This document shows positions 10,901 through 19,148 of a stretch of 64,000 nt of DNA, in pieces; position 1 is the first letter of the stretch; the number at the start of each line of letters is the position of its first letter. This DNA is from a virus. The position numbers and the translations under genes were made by a program. The stretch lies in IMG/VR virus record IMGVR_UViG_3300021964_000012, positions 1 through 64,000 of that record. One strand, given 5' to 3'. Under the pieces are notes generated by a model. That model saw only the letters and a program-made list of their open reading frames with translations, had not been told where the DNA came from and ran no database searches.

Positions 10901-13900
10901 TACCAACAATCAATGGTATTCCAGATAATGTTGGATTGCCAAGTGCTGGTTACGTAAATTATGATGATGTTGACATTAAAGTTTTTGATTTTGATGACCT
11001 AACAACTGTGATAAACAACCTTACTACTATTGTCGTTGGAACAAATATTTGGGTCGCAAAAGCAAACACTTTCGATTGGAATATTTACAGAGTTAATCTT
11101 GTAAATTCTACACTTTCAACAGTGATTGACAACCTAAACGGAACTTGCACATTCACTTTTACTAGTAACCATGGTTTAAGTGTTGGACAAAGATTAATTA
11201 TAAAATTTTTCAATAGTGCAGTTGACGGTGCTTATATTATTCAAACTGTACCTGGACTAAAAACATTAACAGTAAATCTCAGTCTGCCAGATGACGTAAC
11301 AACAATTACAAATGGAAATGGTAGAGCCTTTACACTAGAGAGTGTAAGAGTTGCTCAACCAAGTGATATTGCTGGACTTAGTTTTAGTACAAGTTTAGTT
11401 GCTACAAATCAAGTATGGGTCGATAATAACGGTAATGACAATTGGACAGTGTTACAAAAACAAAATCCATTCTCAACCACAGGCGAAATACAAGCCGAAA
11501 CACCAGTTATAAATGATCTACTCGGAACCTCGTTGGCACAAGGATTAAACAATGACGGATTGATTATTGGAGCAACAGGATACGCAAGTGGCATTGGTGG
11601 TGTTTATGCGTATAACAAGTTAGAGGATGGTTCAACAATTAATGGTTCAACCTATGCTCAGCAAACAATTCTTTCTCCTGATGCATCACTCCTGTTCACA
11701 GGTTTTGGATTTAGCACTGATGTAGGTGACACTGAATGGGCTATAGTTGGTGCACCTGATTCAGATTCTAATAAAGGTTATGCAAGTGCCATTGTTAGAA
11801 ATTCCTCAAACGCAACTTATAGTTTCTATCAGCACTTTAACACAGGAACAAATGACGCTGATAAATTTGGTTATAGCGTAGCCATTAGCGATGATGAACG
11901 CTGGATGTATATCAGTGCTCCAGCTGATAACAAAATTTATGCATATAACAAAGTAAATGTGCAAACACAGAGTTTAACATTCACTGGAGACGGAACAACA
12001 TTAAGTTTTGTAATAGAACCAACAATTCAAGTTGATGCCAGTGACGGAACCGCTCAAACACAAATCAAAGTCACAAGAAATACACTTGAACAAACTGCTG
12101 GTGTTGATTATACAGTCCTTACCTCAAATGATATACAATCAGTGATTTTTACCACTGCACCAAATCTTGATGATGTAATTGTTATTAGTAGACGTGAGAG
12201 CCAAAGTTTTAATCCAACTGTGTTAACAACAAACTTTAGTTTTACAACTTTGTTTACGGCCAGTGACATTTATTCAATGACTGTTGTGCAGGACTCAGTT
12301 TTATTGCGTCCATTTTTTGACTACACAGTTGTTGGATCTGACATTGTATTGACTTCAGGAATAAGTTCGGGAACTTTAACAATAAATGCAAAAACGCATT
12401 GGGATTTTGTTAATAGTTTTACTGCAAGTGGTCTTGGAGCCAGCGATCAATTTGGTTACAGTGTATCAACAACCACAGATGGCAGACAAATTTTAATTGG
12501 CACTCCAGATGCAACCATTGAAACAAATACTTTTGCTGGTGAAAGTTATATTGTTGATAGAAGTGTAGAAAGATTTCAAGTTACCAATGCCGCTACAGTT
12601 TCTTATACAACCAGCATTGTTCCTACTGTTCCAGTTACAGTCAAACTTAACGGAACATTCTTAATTCCAACTGGAAATGCAAACAATGCACAATTTAGTG
12701 TTGCTGGAAGTGTAATAACTATCGGAACAACACTTAATCCAGTAACTCTTTCAGTTGGTGATATAATCGAAATTGAAACTAATAGTTTTACTACACTACA
12801 AAATTTTAACAGTGCCTTAAACGGTGAAAACTATTATTTTGGTAGAGCCGTTGACATGTGTTCAACTAATTGTAGTGCATATATCAGTATGCCACACGAT
12901 AGTGCAGTGGCAGTTGAACAAGGTAGTGTAGAGCGTTGGATAAATCAAAGCCGACTTTTTGGAACTATTACCGGTACTGTGTCTAATCCTGTGCTTAGTG
13001 CCGCAGACAGTATCCGTATCAACAACTACTATGTAACACTCACAGGAACAACAGTTGAGAGTTTGGTTACTGATATTACAAATGCAAATATTCCAAATAT
13101 AGTTGGTGCTACAGTAAATGGCGCATTACAAATTACATTGGTTGATATAGAAGCTGGAGAACAGTTTATCAAACTAGAAGTAGCACCGGGTACAGGAACT
13201 GCATTTAGTGATTTAGGATTGAAACCTTGGGTATATGCTCAAACAATTGTTCCACCTGTTGCACAAGCATATGGACATTTTGGCACAAGTATTAACATTA
13301 GTGATGATGCACTTACATTAAGTGTTGGAGCTCCAGATGCAACTGCATTCTTATCTACTACTTTTGATAATTCAACAACAGATTTTGATTCTGGATCAAC
13401 AAACGTGGTAGATCCAATGCCTGAATCAGGCGTTGCATATACATACGATTTTTTAAATTCTGCATCTCCAAGTGCAACAAACTCTGGCAAGTTTGTATAC
13501 GGACAACAAATTTACGATATGAGTATTACCAGCCTTGACAAATTTGGAAGTAGTGTAAGTTATGTAGACGGAATCTTACTTGTTGGTGCACCAAATGATG
13601 ATCTTGGCGATAGCTCTGGTAACTTTGGTCGTGTAACACAGTTCACAAATGCTGATAATGAACCAAGTTGGAAAGCAAGATATACGGAAGCCCCAGTTGT
13701 AGATTCAGCATTGTTAAATAGTGTGTTTATATACAATAAAGTTTCTAATAGTATTACAAGATACTTAGATTTCATAGATCCACTGCAAGGTAGAATACTA
13801 GGAGCCGCAAACGCCAACATTGACTACACAGGCGGAATTGACCCTGCGTTGTATAACACAGGTACAGTGAACAACTTTGGAAGCATGTGGAGAGAAGAAC

Positions 13901-16900
13901 ACCTTGGAGAAATCTGGTGGGACTTATCAACGGTTAGATTTATAGATTATAATCAAGATGACATACAGTTTAGAGCAAGACGGTGGGGTCAGTTATTTGA
14001 TGGTTCTAGTGTAGATATCTATCAATGGACTGAGAACAGAGTACCGCCTGCAAATTATAGTGGACCTGGAACAGTGTATACAACTGATAGTTATACAACT
14101 ATAACGTATCTTGACAGTGCTGGCACCTTTGTAACAAAGTATTTTTATTGGATCAAAGGATTGACTGCTATCAGCCCAAACAAAACACTAAGTTCGAGCG
14201 GTATAGAACAGTACATTTCCAATCCACGTGCCAGTGGTATTAGTTATGCAGCCGCAATTGCAAAAAATGAAATTACACTTTTTAACTCAAGAAACCTTAT
14301 AAGTGCTGATGACTCAATATTGCATGTTGAATTTGATAAAATTGCCAATGATGACAATGTTCATAGTGAATATGATATCATAACCGACGCAGATAAGAAC
14401 AGTTTCTTAGGAACACAATTGTATAGAAAATATCTTGACAGTTTTTGCGGAGCTGATACATCAGGAAATGCAGTTCCAGATACAACACTTAGTCTTGCGA
14501 ATAGATATGGTGTTAGTTTTCGACCAAGACAAAGTATGTTTGTTGATAGATTTCTTGCACTTAAGAACTACATGACCAGAGCAAATGCTATTATGAAGTT
14601 GTATACTATTTCAGAAAGCAAGAGTTTTACATTATTAAACAGCGAAGAACCTGAACCAACTCTAGCAAGTGGATTATGGAACAAGCGAGTTTTAACCTAT
14701 GCTGAGCTTACCTATCAAGACTTAGCACAGGTAGCAATTGGATATCAATATCTAGTGGCAAGCGATGTTAACAACGAAGGGCTATGGTCAATCTATACTG
14801 TACAATCAGATCAAACACTTTTATTAACTCGTGTACAAAGCTATAAAACAAATCTTTATTGGAGTTATGTTGATTGGTTTGGAATTAATGCTGATGGGTC
14901 GTTTTACAATAGTGATAATACTTCTTCTTATGAGGTTGCAGTTTACAGTAATCTTTTAGCTCTCAACAATGTACAAAACGGCGAATGGGCAACTGTTACT
15001 GCAAACAGTAATGGAAAAACAGAAGTTTACCAATATAGCACAACATCAGGTGAATGGACAAGAGTTTATTTAGAAGATGGTACAATTGAAATAGACGCAA
15101 CTATCTGGGATTATACGATTGAAAATCCCATAGCTGGCGAAGAACCAATTACAGAAACAAGACAAATATTACAAGCTCTAAACACTGAAATATTTGTAGG
15201 AGATTTATTAGTAAGACGTAATGAATTATTAATATTGATGTTTGAATTTATAATGAGTACATTGGCCGCGCCAAACTGGTTGTTTAAAACTAGTTTAATT
15301 GATATAAATCATAAAATACGTGACTTAATTGAATATCCAATATTCAGAAGAGATAATCAAGACTTTGTTGAGGATTATATCAAAGAAGTTAAACCATATC
15401 ATGTTCAAATTAGAGAATTCAATTTAAGATACGAAGGTGAAGATACTTACAACGGAAGTGTAACTGATTTTGATTTACCAGCATATTACGATAATACTTT
15501 ACAACAGTTTGTATCGCCAATATTAGATGATAGTACAAATCCAGAATCAAAAAGTGCCGTGCCAAGTACATCATCATTATGGACGACGTTTCCATGGAGT
15601 CAATGGTATCAAAACTATCTATTGGTGGTTTCAACTGCTACAGTAGTTAATGGTGGGTCTGGGTATACAGTGGCACCACAAGTTATTGTTACAGGTGATG
15701 CTACAACACAGGCAACTATGACAGCAACTGTAAACACCGCTGGAGTAGTAACTGCTATCAATGTTATTACTCCTGGTAGTGGATATACCACCACACCGAT
15801 TATTACTATTTCAGGTGGTAACGGTAGTGGAGCAACTGCAATAGCAGTGCTAGGCACACAACAAGTACGTGATTTTACAACTACTATTGCTTATAACAGA
15901 ATTACATACTCAAGCACAGTAATAGATTGGACTGCAAATACTGCATACACTGCTGGACAATTAGTGCGTTATCCAGTGCCAATTGTAGGTGTAGTTAATG
16001 TTGCTGAACCTAAAATTTACAATGTAACTTCGAATTTTACGTCGACTTCTGAGTTTAATCCAGATAATTATACTGTTGTTGATCCTGACACACTAGATGC
16101 CGCTGACAGAACCATTGGATTGTATAATCCAGGTCCAAACGAACCTGGACGCGAGTTAGCACAGGTAATGACTGGTATTGACTATCCTGGTGTGCAGGTC
16201 GATGCTCCGGACTTTAATCAAAATACTGGTTTTGATATTGGAAATTATGATATAAATCCATTTGATAATATCAGTTTTGGCCCAGAAGGGTTACCCACAT
16301 ACGACGATTCTATACTAGATGTGATATATGAAAGCAGTTTTACTGATACCTATTTAGGAACAAGAGCAACAGATATTAACGTAGAGGGCGGCGGATTTAT
16401 CGACACATATAGTTCACATGCTCCTGAAGAACTTGTGCCTGGAAGCGAATTTGACACACTAGATATAAAAGTTTTTACTAGACCCGGCAGTGACTGGAGT
16501 AATAATGGACACGGGTTTGAAATTAAAAGCACTAATAGTTTCTTTGAAGCAACTGGAGTAACAATTAGTTTTCTAAACCTTGTTCAACATCCTGTTAATG
16601 TAAATGTTATAAACATATCAACTGGGCAGGTTCTACCACCATCTGTAATTGCAATCAATTGGGTAACAAAAACTGTGGTTGTGAGTGCTAGTGCAAATGC
16701 AAGTGTTGATGATGTGATTAGAGTTGAAGTATATGGAGTAGGTGGAGGTTCGCAACTTTATAAAGAAAGTTTTGTTGGAAGTTCTATAACAAACCGTACA
16801 CAAATAATACCTGTGGCATTTTCAGAAATCAATGAAATGCTTATTTTCTTAGATGGCAGTGAAACAACTGATTATACTTTTGCAGCCAGCGGTAGTTTTG

Positions 16901-18405
16901 CGACAGAAATCACTTTTGGCAGTCAGCCTACCAGCACACAATGGCTTACAATTATTGCTCTTGGAGAAACTACACCAATACAATATAGTTGGAGCACAGA
17001 GGTAAAAGATTACTTTAACTATGATGGATCTAGCACACAATATCCATTAAGTGCAAGTCTACAAGGAACAAACGTTGCAAACATGATTGTTGATAAAGAT
17101 GGTTTAAGATTGCGTCCACCAGAAGGAATAGAATATACTGGTGATGGATCAAGTCTTGGGCCTTATTATCTAAGTACCACTGCAAAAACAAACCAAGCAT
17201 TAATTAGTTCTGCTGATTTACTGGTGTATGTCGATAATGTGAGACAGAATGTTTCTGTAAACTGGACTCTAAGTCCATGGGATGGCAGTAGTGATAGATA
17301 TATTGAATTTAATACGCAGTCTTTGCCAGCAGCTGGATCAAGAATAGAAATTTATACTACCACTGAAGCTGACTATACAATTGTTAATACCAGTGATATC
17401 AATCTAAGAGTCAGTGCTGCTTTTGATACACTATTTGATGTTACTACATATAACGATACATCTCAACAAAAAATCTTAACCAAGGTGTTTGTTGGACCTA
17501 CAACCGAAGGTGCAATTGAAACAAACAACTTTGCACTAGGAAGACTGGTAACAGATACACAAAGAGTTATTGTTACTTTAAATGGACAATATTTACAACC
17601 AACCGTCGATTTTACAATATCAACAGATGGTACCCAACTTAGTACCTTGGTACTAGATCTAAGTCTTCTGAATGCTTCAGACGTTTTAGCAGTAACAATT
17701 TTTACGAATAGTGTTGTACCAAACAGTCTTAACTTCCGTATCTTCCAAGACATGATTGGTAATCAAAAACTGCTTAGATTTAATAAAACAAACACTACTG
17801 AACTAGCACAGACAGTGGCAATCTCAGATGATACTATTTTTGTTAATGATGTTAGCAAGCTAGGTGAACCTAATCTTACACAAGGTATTTTTGGACAACT
17901 GATTGTAGGTGGCGAAAGAATTACTTATAGATCAAGAAATACAGGAAACAATAGTGTTAGTGGCTTGAGAAGGGGAACTGCTGGTACTGGAATATATCAA
18001 CATGAAGTTGGTGAAACTGTTAGTGATGTTGGTGCAGGACAACAACTGCCTGCCCGTTATCAAGAAAAAACCACCACTGACAAAACAAATGTAGGTGACG
18101 GATCAACTAGAGTTTTTGAAACATCTATTGTGATTCCAACACTTATCGACAGTACAGAAATCACAGATGCAATTAGCGTAATAGTTGGAGGAACAGTATT
18201 GGTACCTGAAACAGATTATTCTGTTACTGAAGTAAATGTAACAACAACTGAAGTAACATTGGTAACTGCACCAGCTGATGGAGTGGAAGTGTACTTTAGC
18301 CAAGTTACTGCAAATGTAATGTATGCTCAGGGTGCAAGTACTGCAAGTAACGGAGTTGCACTACAAGATCAAACCACACCAGCTGCTCTGTTTTTGAAAG
18401 ACTAG
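4933..18405 (+). CDS. giant virion structural protein (4490 aa) with FG-GAP-like propeller repeats, at the T4 gp7 position
   Basis: Uninterrupted 13.5-kb ORF that starts 4 nt after the gp6-like stop. At least 6 FG-GAP-like units (FGYSVAISDDERWMYISAP, FGYSVSTTTDGRQILIGTPDA, FGTSINISDDALTLSVGAPDA, FGSSVSYVDGILLVGAPNDD and others). Tandem GSGYT..P modules near 15.6-15.9 kb. Confidence 0.85.
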   Translation: MAKRIRSEDFLPEIFQTPANKQLLRSTLDQLTQNPKLKPTEGYIGRKIGPGVTASDNYILEPSATRTDYQLEPGVVQLQPDTSTVDNAITYPGIIDSLKMQGANTTRHDRLFNSEHYSYDPMIDYDKFVNFGQYYWIPAGPNSVDVFANTIPTADNFDVTYSEVGYKFSGYSGTLPTITLVREGNYTFDVNASGRNFWIQSVPGTSGVLPQQANQSSREVLGVTNNGDDVGTVSFNVPAKTAQNFFFNLADIGSTDLVEDTLQFNQINNRYVDVFLEEHGGIDGITDLQNRTLIFNTTTDQGWEDEEPFSSEGFDTTAFSDSGAIPTDADRYVQWRINYNYDDPLRPFMELTKVQSIANLSKTKIEYGTEYSGSTMYKTAEGVFARQPLITANLDILYYQDGSDELNFGVIRVVDQINSSDLNIEDILGEPNYTSPNGVVFTNGLKVKFIGNVVPASYANVEYYVEGVGTAIEFVKVTDLITPETYTKSETVPFDSTSFDEGGFDATADAPIVQDYLLINRASINLNAWSRGNRWFHIDVLTATANYNNTVLTLDNDARAKRPIIEFVKNLKLYNFGTLATQPVDIIDFDETDAFSNINGTSGYSVDGYSLIEGSRIIFNADVDPEVVNKIYTVQFINLGAGDIIDLQPASLTEPDIATNITVVVRSGVTEQGKSYWFNGITWTEAQQKTDTNQAPLFDIYDSSGYSLSDTLVYPSTTFAGTKIFSYAVGTGTTDSIIEQPLKYLTINNVGDIVFDNNFYSDTFTYGSSNNGTTANISLGTVRQYNTIDTFIKLLGWQTSFTNYVQRQSFSFEFDGNSLILDVEVSNDTSIVPVKVFVEGQFILSDTYTYATNSAGVTEITFNANVVGQPATVPPIGSVIEVQVISNSPSSVAFYTIPDNLESNALNENSSTFTLGTLRTHYESICQNLEHFSGKIHGANNIRDLGNIIPYGDLILQQSAPLTLTTPFINERSTDYFRSLEFNASEYNKTKNKILDYVANNDWENKTAAEILDQTLLAINAGKTSSSSFYWTDAIPTGTVYEQTTYTVTPITTYVFDTLYNYNFTSANYQGLLVYYIPVSTGVETQLVGDGHEYTVATDGPRITINSSDITLSIGDKIIIREYKTTYGSYVPATPSMLGLYQVYMPREFLDNTYVEPTNVIQGHDGSITVSFPDGDYRNSVLLEFEKRCYNNIKLTADEKYNPILQAVDVIPGQFRTTDYTLTEINDILNVSFLAWVGAQRVPYKIQTYDADNGFTWNYSQSANRLDGKPLLGFWRGIYFNLYDTDSPDTRPWEMVGLSEKPTWWETRYGPAPYTSGNTVLWQDMADGKITYPTGDVIKPRFVRPELLDCLPTDSQGNLVDPMVSIVGSYDINSFKKSWVAGDYAPTQTAWRRSSYYPFAIQRLLALTMPAKYFGLFSDVDLYKYNTDFNQYLYNDRYRVDASTVEVYGNGTAKHSFINFVVDYNRLTGVDSTALVKTKLENLDVRLCYRMAGFSDKSYLKIFSEKSSPNSLNSSLLLPDESYQLFLYKNPSFSEVQFSSVIVQRTNTGWTVAGYSTTKPYFNILKSTAAGTFSTFTVNGNTFRVPQTFTNQVTQVPYGYEFSSSSSVVDFLVSYGELLKQQGMSFDSTENEVIVNWTQMAQEFIYWVGQSWTVGSVINLNPAANILKLEKDFSVVESLASENLNDVILNQNFRPLLSDDYAVERLDNELKLIGLNNNTFSFLQGRFTSYEHIIVFDNISIFNDLIYQPVTGARQNRLLVNGYTVYDWNGTLDAQGFILNQDNIKSWEPNVGYTKGQIVEYKNSYWSATTILSPSQTFVFADWIKSDYARIQTGLLPNLATKADELQDNYNIHTANLESDSTLLGLGLIGFRPRQYMQNLNLDDISQAGLYSQFLGTKGTIRAAEQFKSANLGKEEAEYEIRENWAIQRAIYGANANRSYFELQLEESKLLSNPSTIAVVAPDTISTAEQTVLIDDIYKSSYKISTTDILPTINGIPDNVGLPSAGYVNYDDVDIKVFDFDDLTTVINNLTTIVVGTNIWVAKANTFDWNIYRVNLVNSTLSTVIDNLNGTCTFTFTSNHGLSVGQRLIIKFFNSAVDGAYIIQTVPGLKTLTVNLSLPDDVTTITNGNGRAFTLESVRVAQPSDIAGLSFSTSLVATNQVWVDNNGNDNWTVLQKQNPFSTTGEIQAETPVINDLLGTSLAQGLNNDGLIIGATGYASGIGGVYAYNKLEDGSTINGSTYAQQTILSPDASLLFTGFGFSTDVGDTEWAIVGAPDSDSNKGYASAIVRNSSNATYSFYQHFNTGTNDADKFGYSVAISDDERWMYISAPADNKIYAYNKVNVQTQSLTFTGDGTTLSFVIEPTIQVDASDGTAQTQIKVTRNTLEQTAGVDYTVLTSNDIQSVIFTTAPNLDDVIVISRRESQSFNPTVLTTNFSFTTLFTASDIYSMTVVQDSVLLRPFFDYTVVGSDIVLTSGISSGTLTINAKTHWDFVNSFTASGLGASDQFGYSVSTTTDGRQILIGTPDATIETNTFAGESYIVDRSVERFQVTNAATVSYTTSIVPTVPVTVKLNGTFLIPTGNANNAQFSVAGSVITIGTTLNPVTLSVGDIIEIETNSFTTLQNFNSALNGENYYFGRAVDMCSTNCSAYISMPHDSAVAVEQGSVERWINQSRLFGTITGTVSNPVLSAADSIRINNYYVTLTGTTVESLVTDITNANIPNIVGATVNGALQITLVDIEAGEQFIKLEVAPGTGTAFSDLGLKPWVYAQTIVPPVAQAYGHFGTSINISDDALTLSVGAPDATAFLSTTFDNSTTDFDSGSTNVVDPMPESGVAYTYDFLNSASPSATNSGKFVYGQQIYDMSITSLDKFGSSVSYVDGILLVGAPNDDLGDSSGNFGRVTQFTNADNEPSWKARYTEAPVVDSALLNSVFIYNKVSNSITRYLDFIDPLQGRILGAANANIDYTGGIDPALYNTGTVNNFGSMWREEHLGEIWWDLSTVRFIDYNQDDIQFRARRWGQLFDGSSVDIYQWTENRVPPANYSGPGTVYTTDSYTTITYLDSAGTFVTKYFYWIKGLTAISPNKTLSSSGIEQYISNPRASGISYAAAIAKNEITLFNSRNLISADDSILHVEFDKIANDDNVHSEYDIITDADKNSFLGTQLYRKYLDSFCGADTSGNAVPDTTLSLANRYGVSFRPRQSMFVDRFLALKNYMTRANAIMKLYTISESKSFTLLNSEEPEPTLASGLWNKRVLTYAELTYQDLAQVAIGYQYLVASDVNNEGLWSIYTVQSDQTLLLTRVQSYKTNLYWSYVDWFGINADGSFYNSDNTSSYEVAVYSNLLALNNVQNGEWATVTANSNGKTEVYQYSTTSGEWTRVYLEDGTIEIDATIWDYTIENPIAGEEPITETRQILQALNTEIFVGDLLVRRNELLILMFEFIMSTLAAPNWLFKTSLIDINHKIRDLIEYPIFRRDNQDFVEDYIKEVKPYHVQIREFNLRYEGEDTYNGSVTDFDLPAYYDNTLQQFVSPILDDSTNPESKSAVPSTSSLWTTFPWSQWYQNYLLVVSTATVVNGGSGYTVAPQVIVTGDATTQATMTATVNTAGVVTAINVITPGSGYTTTPIITISGGNGSGATAIAVLGTQQVRDFTTTIAYNRITYSSTVIDWTANTAYTAGQLVRYPVPIVGVVNVAEPKIYNVTSNFTSTSEFNPDNYTVVDPDTLDAADRTIGLYNPGPNEPGRELAQVMTGIDYPGVQVDAPDFNQNTGFDIGNYDINPFDNISFGPEGLPTYDDSILDVIYESSFTDTYLGTRATDINVEGGGFIDTYSSHAPEELVPGSEFDTLDIKVFTRPGSDWSNNGHGFEIKSTNSFFEATGVTISFLNLVQHPVNVNVINISTGQVLPPSVIAINWVTKTVVVSASANASVDDVIRVEVYGVGGGSQLYKESFVGSSITNRTQIIPVAFSEINEMLIFLDGSETTDYTFAASGSFATEITFGSQPTSTQWLTIIALGETTPIQYSWSTEVKDYFNYDGSSTQYPLSASLQGTNVANMIVDKDGLRLRPPEGIEYTGDGSSLGPYYLSTTAKTNQALISSADLLVYVDNVRQNVSVNWTLSPWDGSSDRYIEFNTQSLPAAGSRIEIYTTTEADYTIVNTSDINLRVSAAFDTLFDVTTYNDTSQQKILTKVFVGPTTEGAIETNNFALGRLVTDTQRVIVTLNGQYLQPTVDFTISTDGTQLSTLVLDLSLLNASDVLAVTIFTNSVVPNSLNFRIFQDMIGNQKLLRFNKTNTTELAQTVAISDDTIFVNDVSKLGEPNLTQGIFGQLIVGGERITYRSRNTGNNSVSGLRRGTAGTGIYQHEVGETVSDVGAGQQLPARYQEKTTTDKTNVGDGSTRVFETSIVIPTLIDSTEITDAISVIVGGTVLVPETDYSVTEVNVTTTEVTLVTAPADGVEVYFSQVTANVMYAQGASTASNGVALQDQTTPAALFLKD

Positions 18406-18429
18406 GTAATTTATTAAGGTAAATACAGC

Positions 18430-19092
18430 ATGGAACAAGAAAATGCAAATGAGGAATCAGTGACAGAATCAGTTGACGAAGTTCGTCCAAATGAAAATGG
18501 TCAAATTGCTATTAGTGGACACATAAAAATATTTGATCCTAATAGCGGTGAAGTCATTGTTGATAAACGCAATGCCATACATTATGAAAATATTAGTGAA
18601 GCATTAGCAAATAGTCTTGCAAATAAAGCAGTTGGACAAATTTACAGTATGGCATTTGGAAATGGAGGTAGTAGTGTTGATACCACTGGTGTTATCACAT
18701 ATTTGCCACCAAATACAACTGGACAAAATGCCAACCTCTACAACCCAACATATTCAAAAGTTGTAGATGATAATAGTGCAAGTAATACTGATACTACAAG
18801 AAATAAACTAACAGTTACACATACAACTGGAAAAGTATACACAGATATACTAGTAAGTTGTTTATTAGATTATGGCGAGCCTTCAGGTCAACAGGCTTTT
18901 GATAATTCAACAGATTTCAATGGTGATTATGTTTTTGATGAGTTAGGTTTAAAAACTTGGAATGGCAGTGCAACCGACTTAAGATTAATAACACATGTGA
19001 TTTTTCATCCAGTGCAAAAAAGTTTAAACAGACAGATACAGATTGATTATACTGTGCGTATACAGACATTAACCAATCTTAGTTCAACATAA
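18430..19092 (+). CDS. virion structural protein, function unassigned
   Basis: 220 aa, ATG start preceded by AAGGTAAATACAGC. Lies between the giant structural gene and the tail-fibre-like gene on the same strand. Confidence 0.6.
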   Translation: MEQENANEESVTESVDEVRPNENGQIAISGHIKIFDPNSGEVIVDKRNAIHYENISEALANSLANKAVGQIYSMAFGNGGSSVDTTGVITYLPPNTTGQNANLYNPTYSKVVDDNSASNTDTTRNKLTVTHTTGKVYTDILVSCLLDYGEPSGQQAFDNSTDFNGDYVFDELGLKTWNGSATDLRLITHVIFHPVQKSLNRQIQIDYTVRIQTLTNLSST

Positions 19093-19096
19093 ATAC
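19089..19096 (+). promoter_or_regulatory. T4-type late promoter candidate (ATAAATAC)
   Basis: CATAAATAC overlaps the stop codon of the preceding gene, 52 nt upstream of the tail-fibre-like ATG at 19149. Confidence 0.35.
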
Positions 19097-19148
19097 AGGT
19101 ATATTATAAAAATAATAAGTACACTTGTAGTAAACGGAGTAAAACAAA

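Noticed and set aside
5002-18490. About 20 short ORFs (60-96 aa) on the minus strand or in alternative frames inside the 4490-aa structural gene, for example 5002-5256, 10538-10768, 13560-13820, 17463-17753 and 18305-18490.
   Set aside because: All lie entirely within a long uninterrupted ORF that has clear protein-like repeats. They have no start context and odd composition. I treat them as shadow ORFs.
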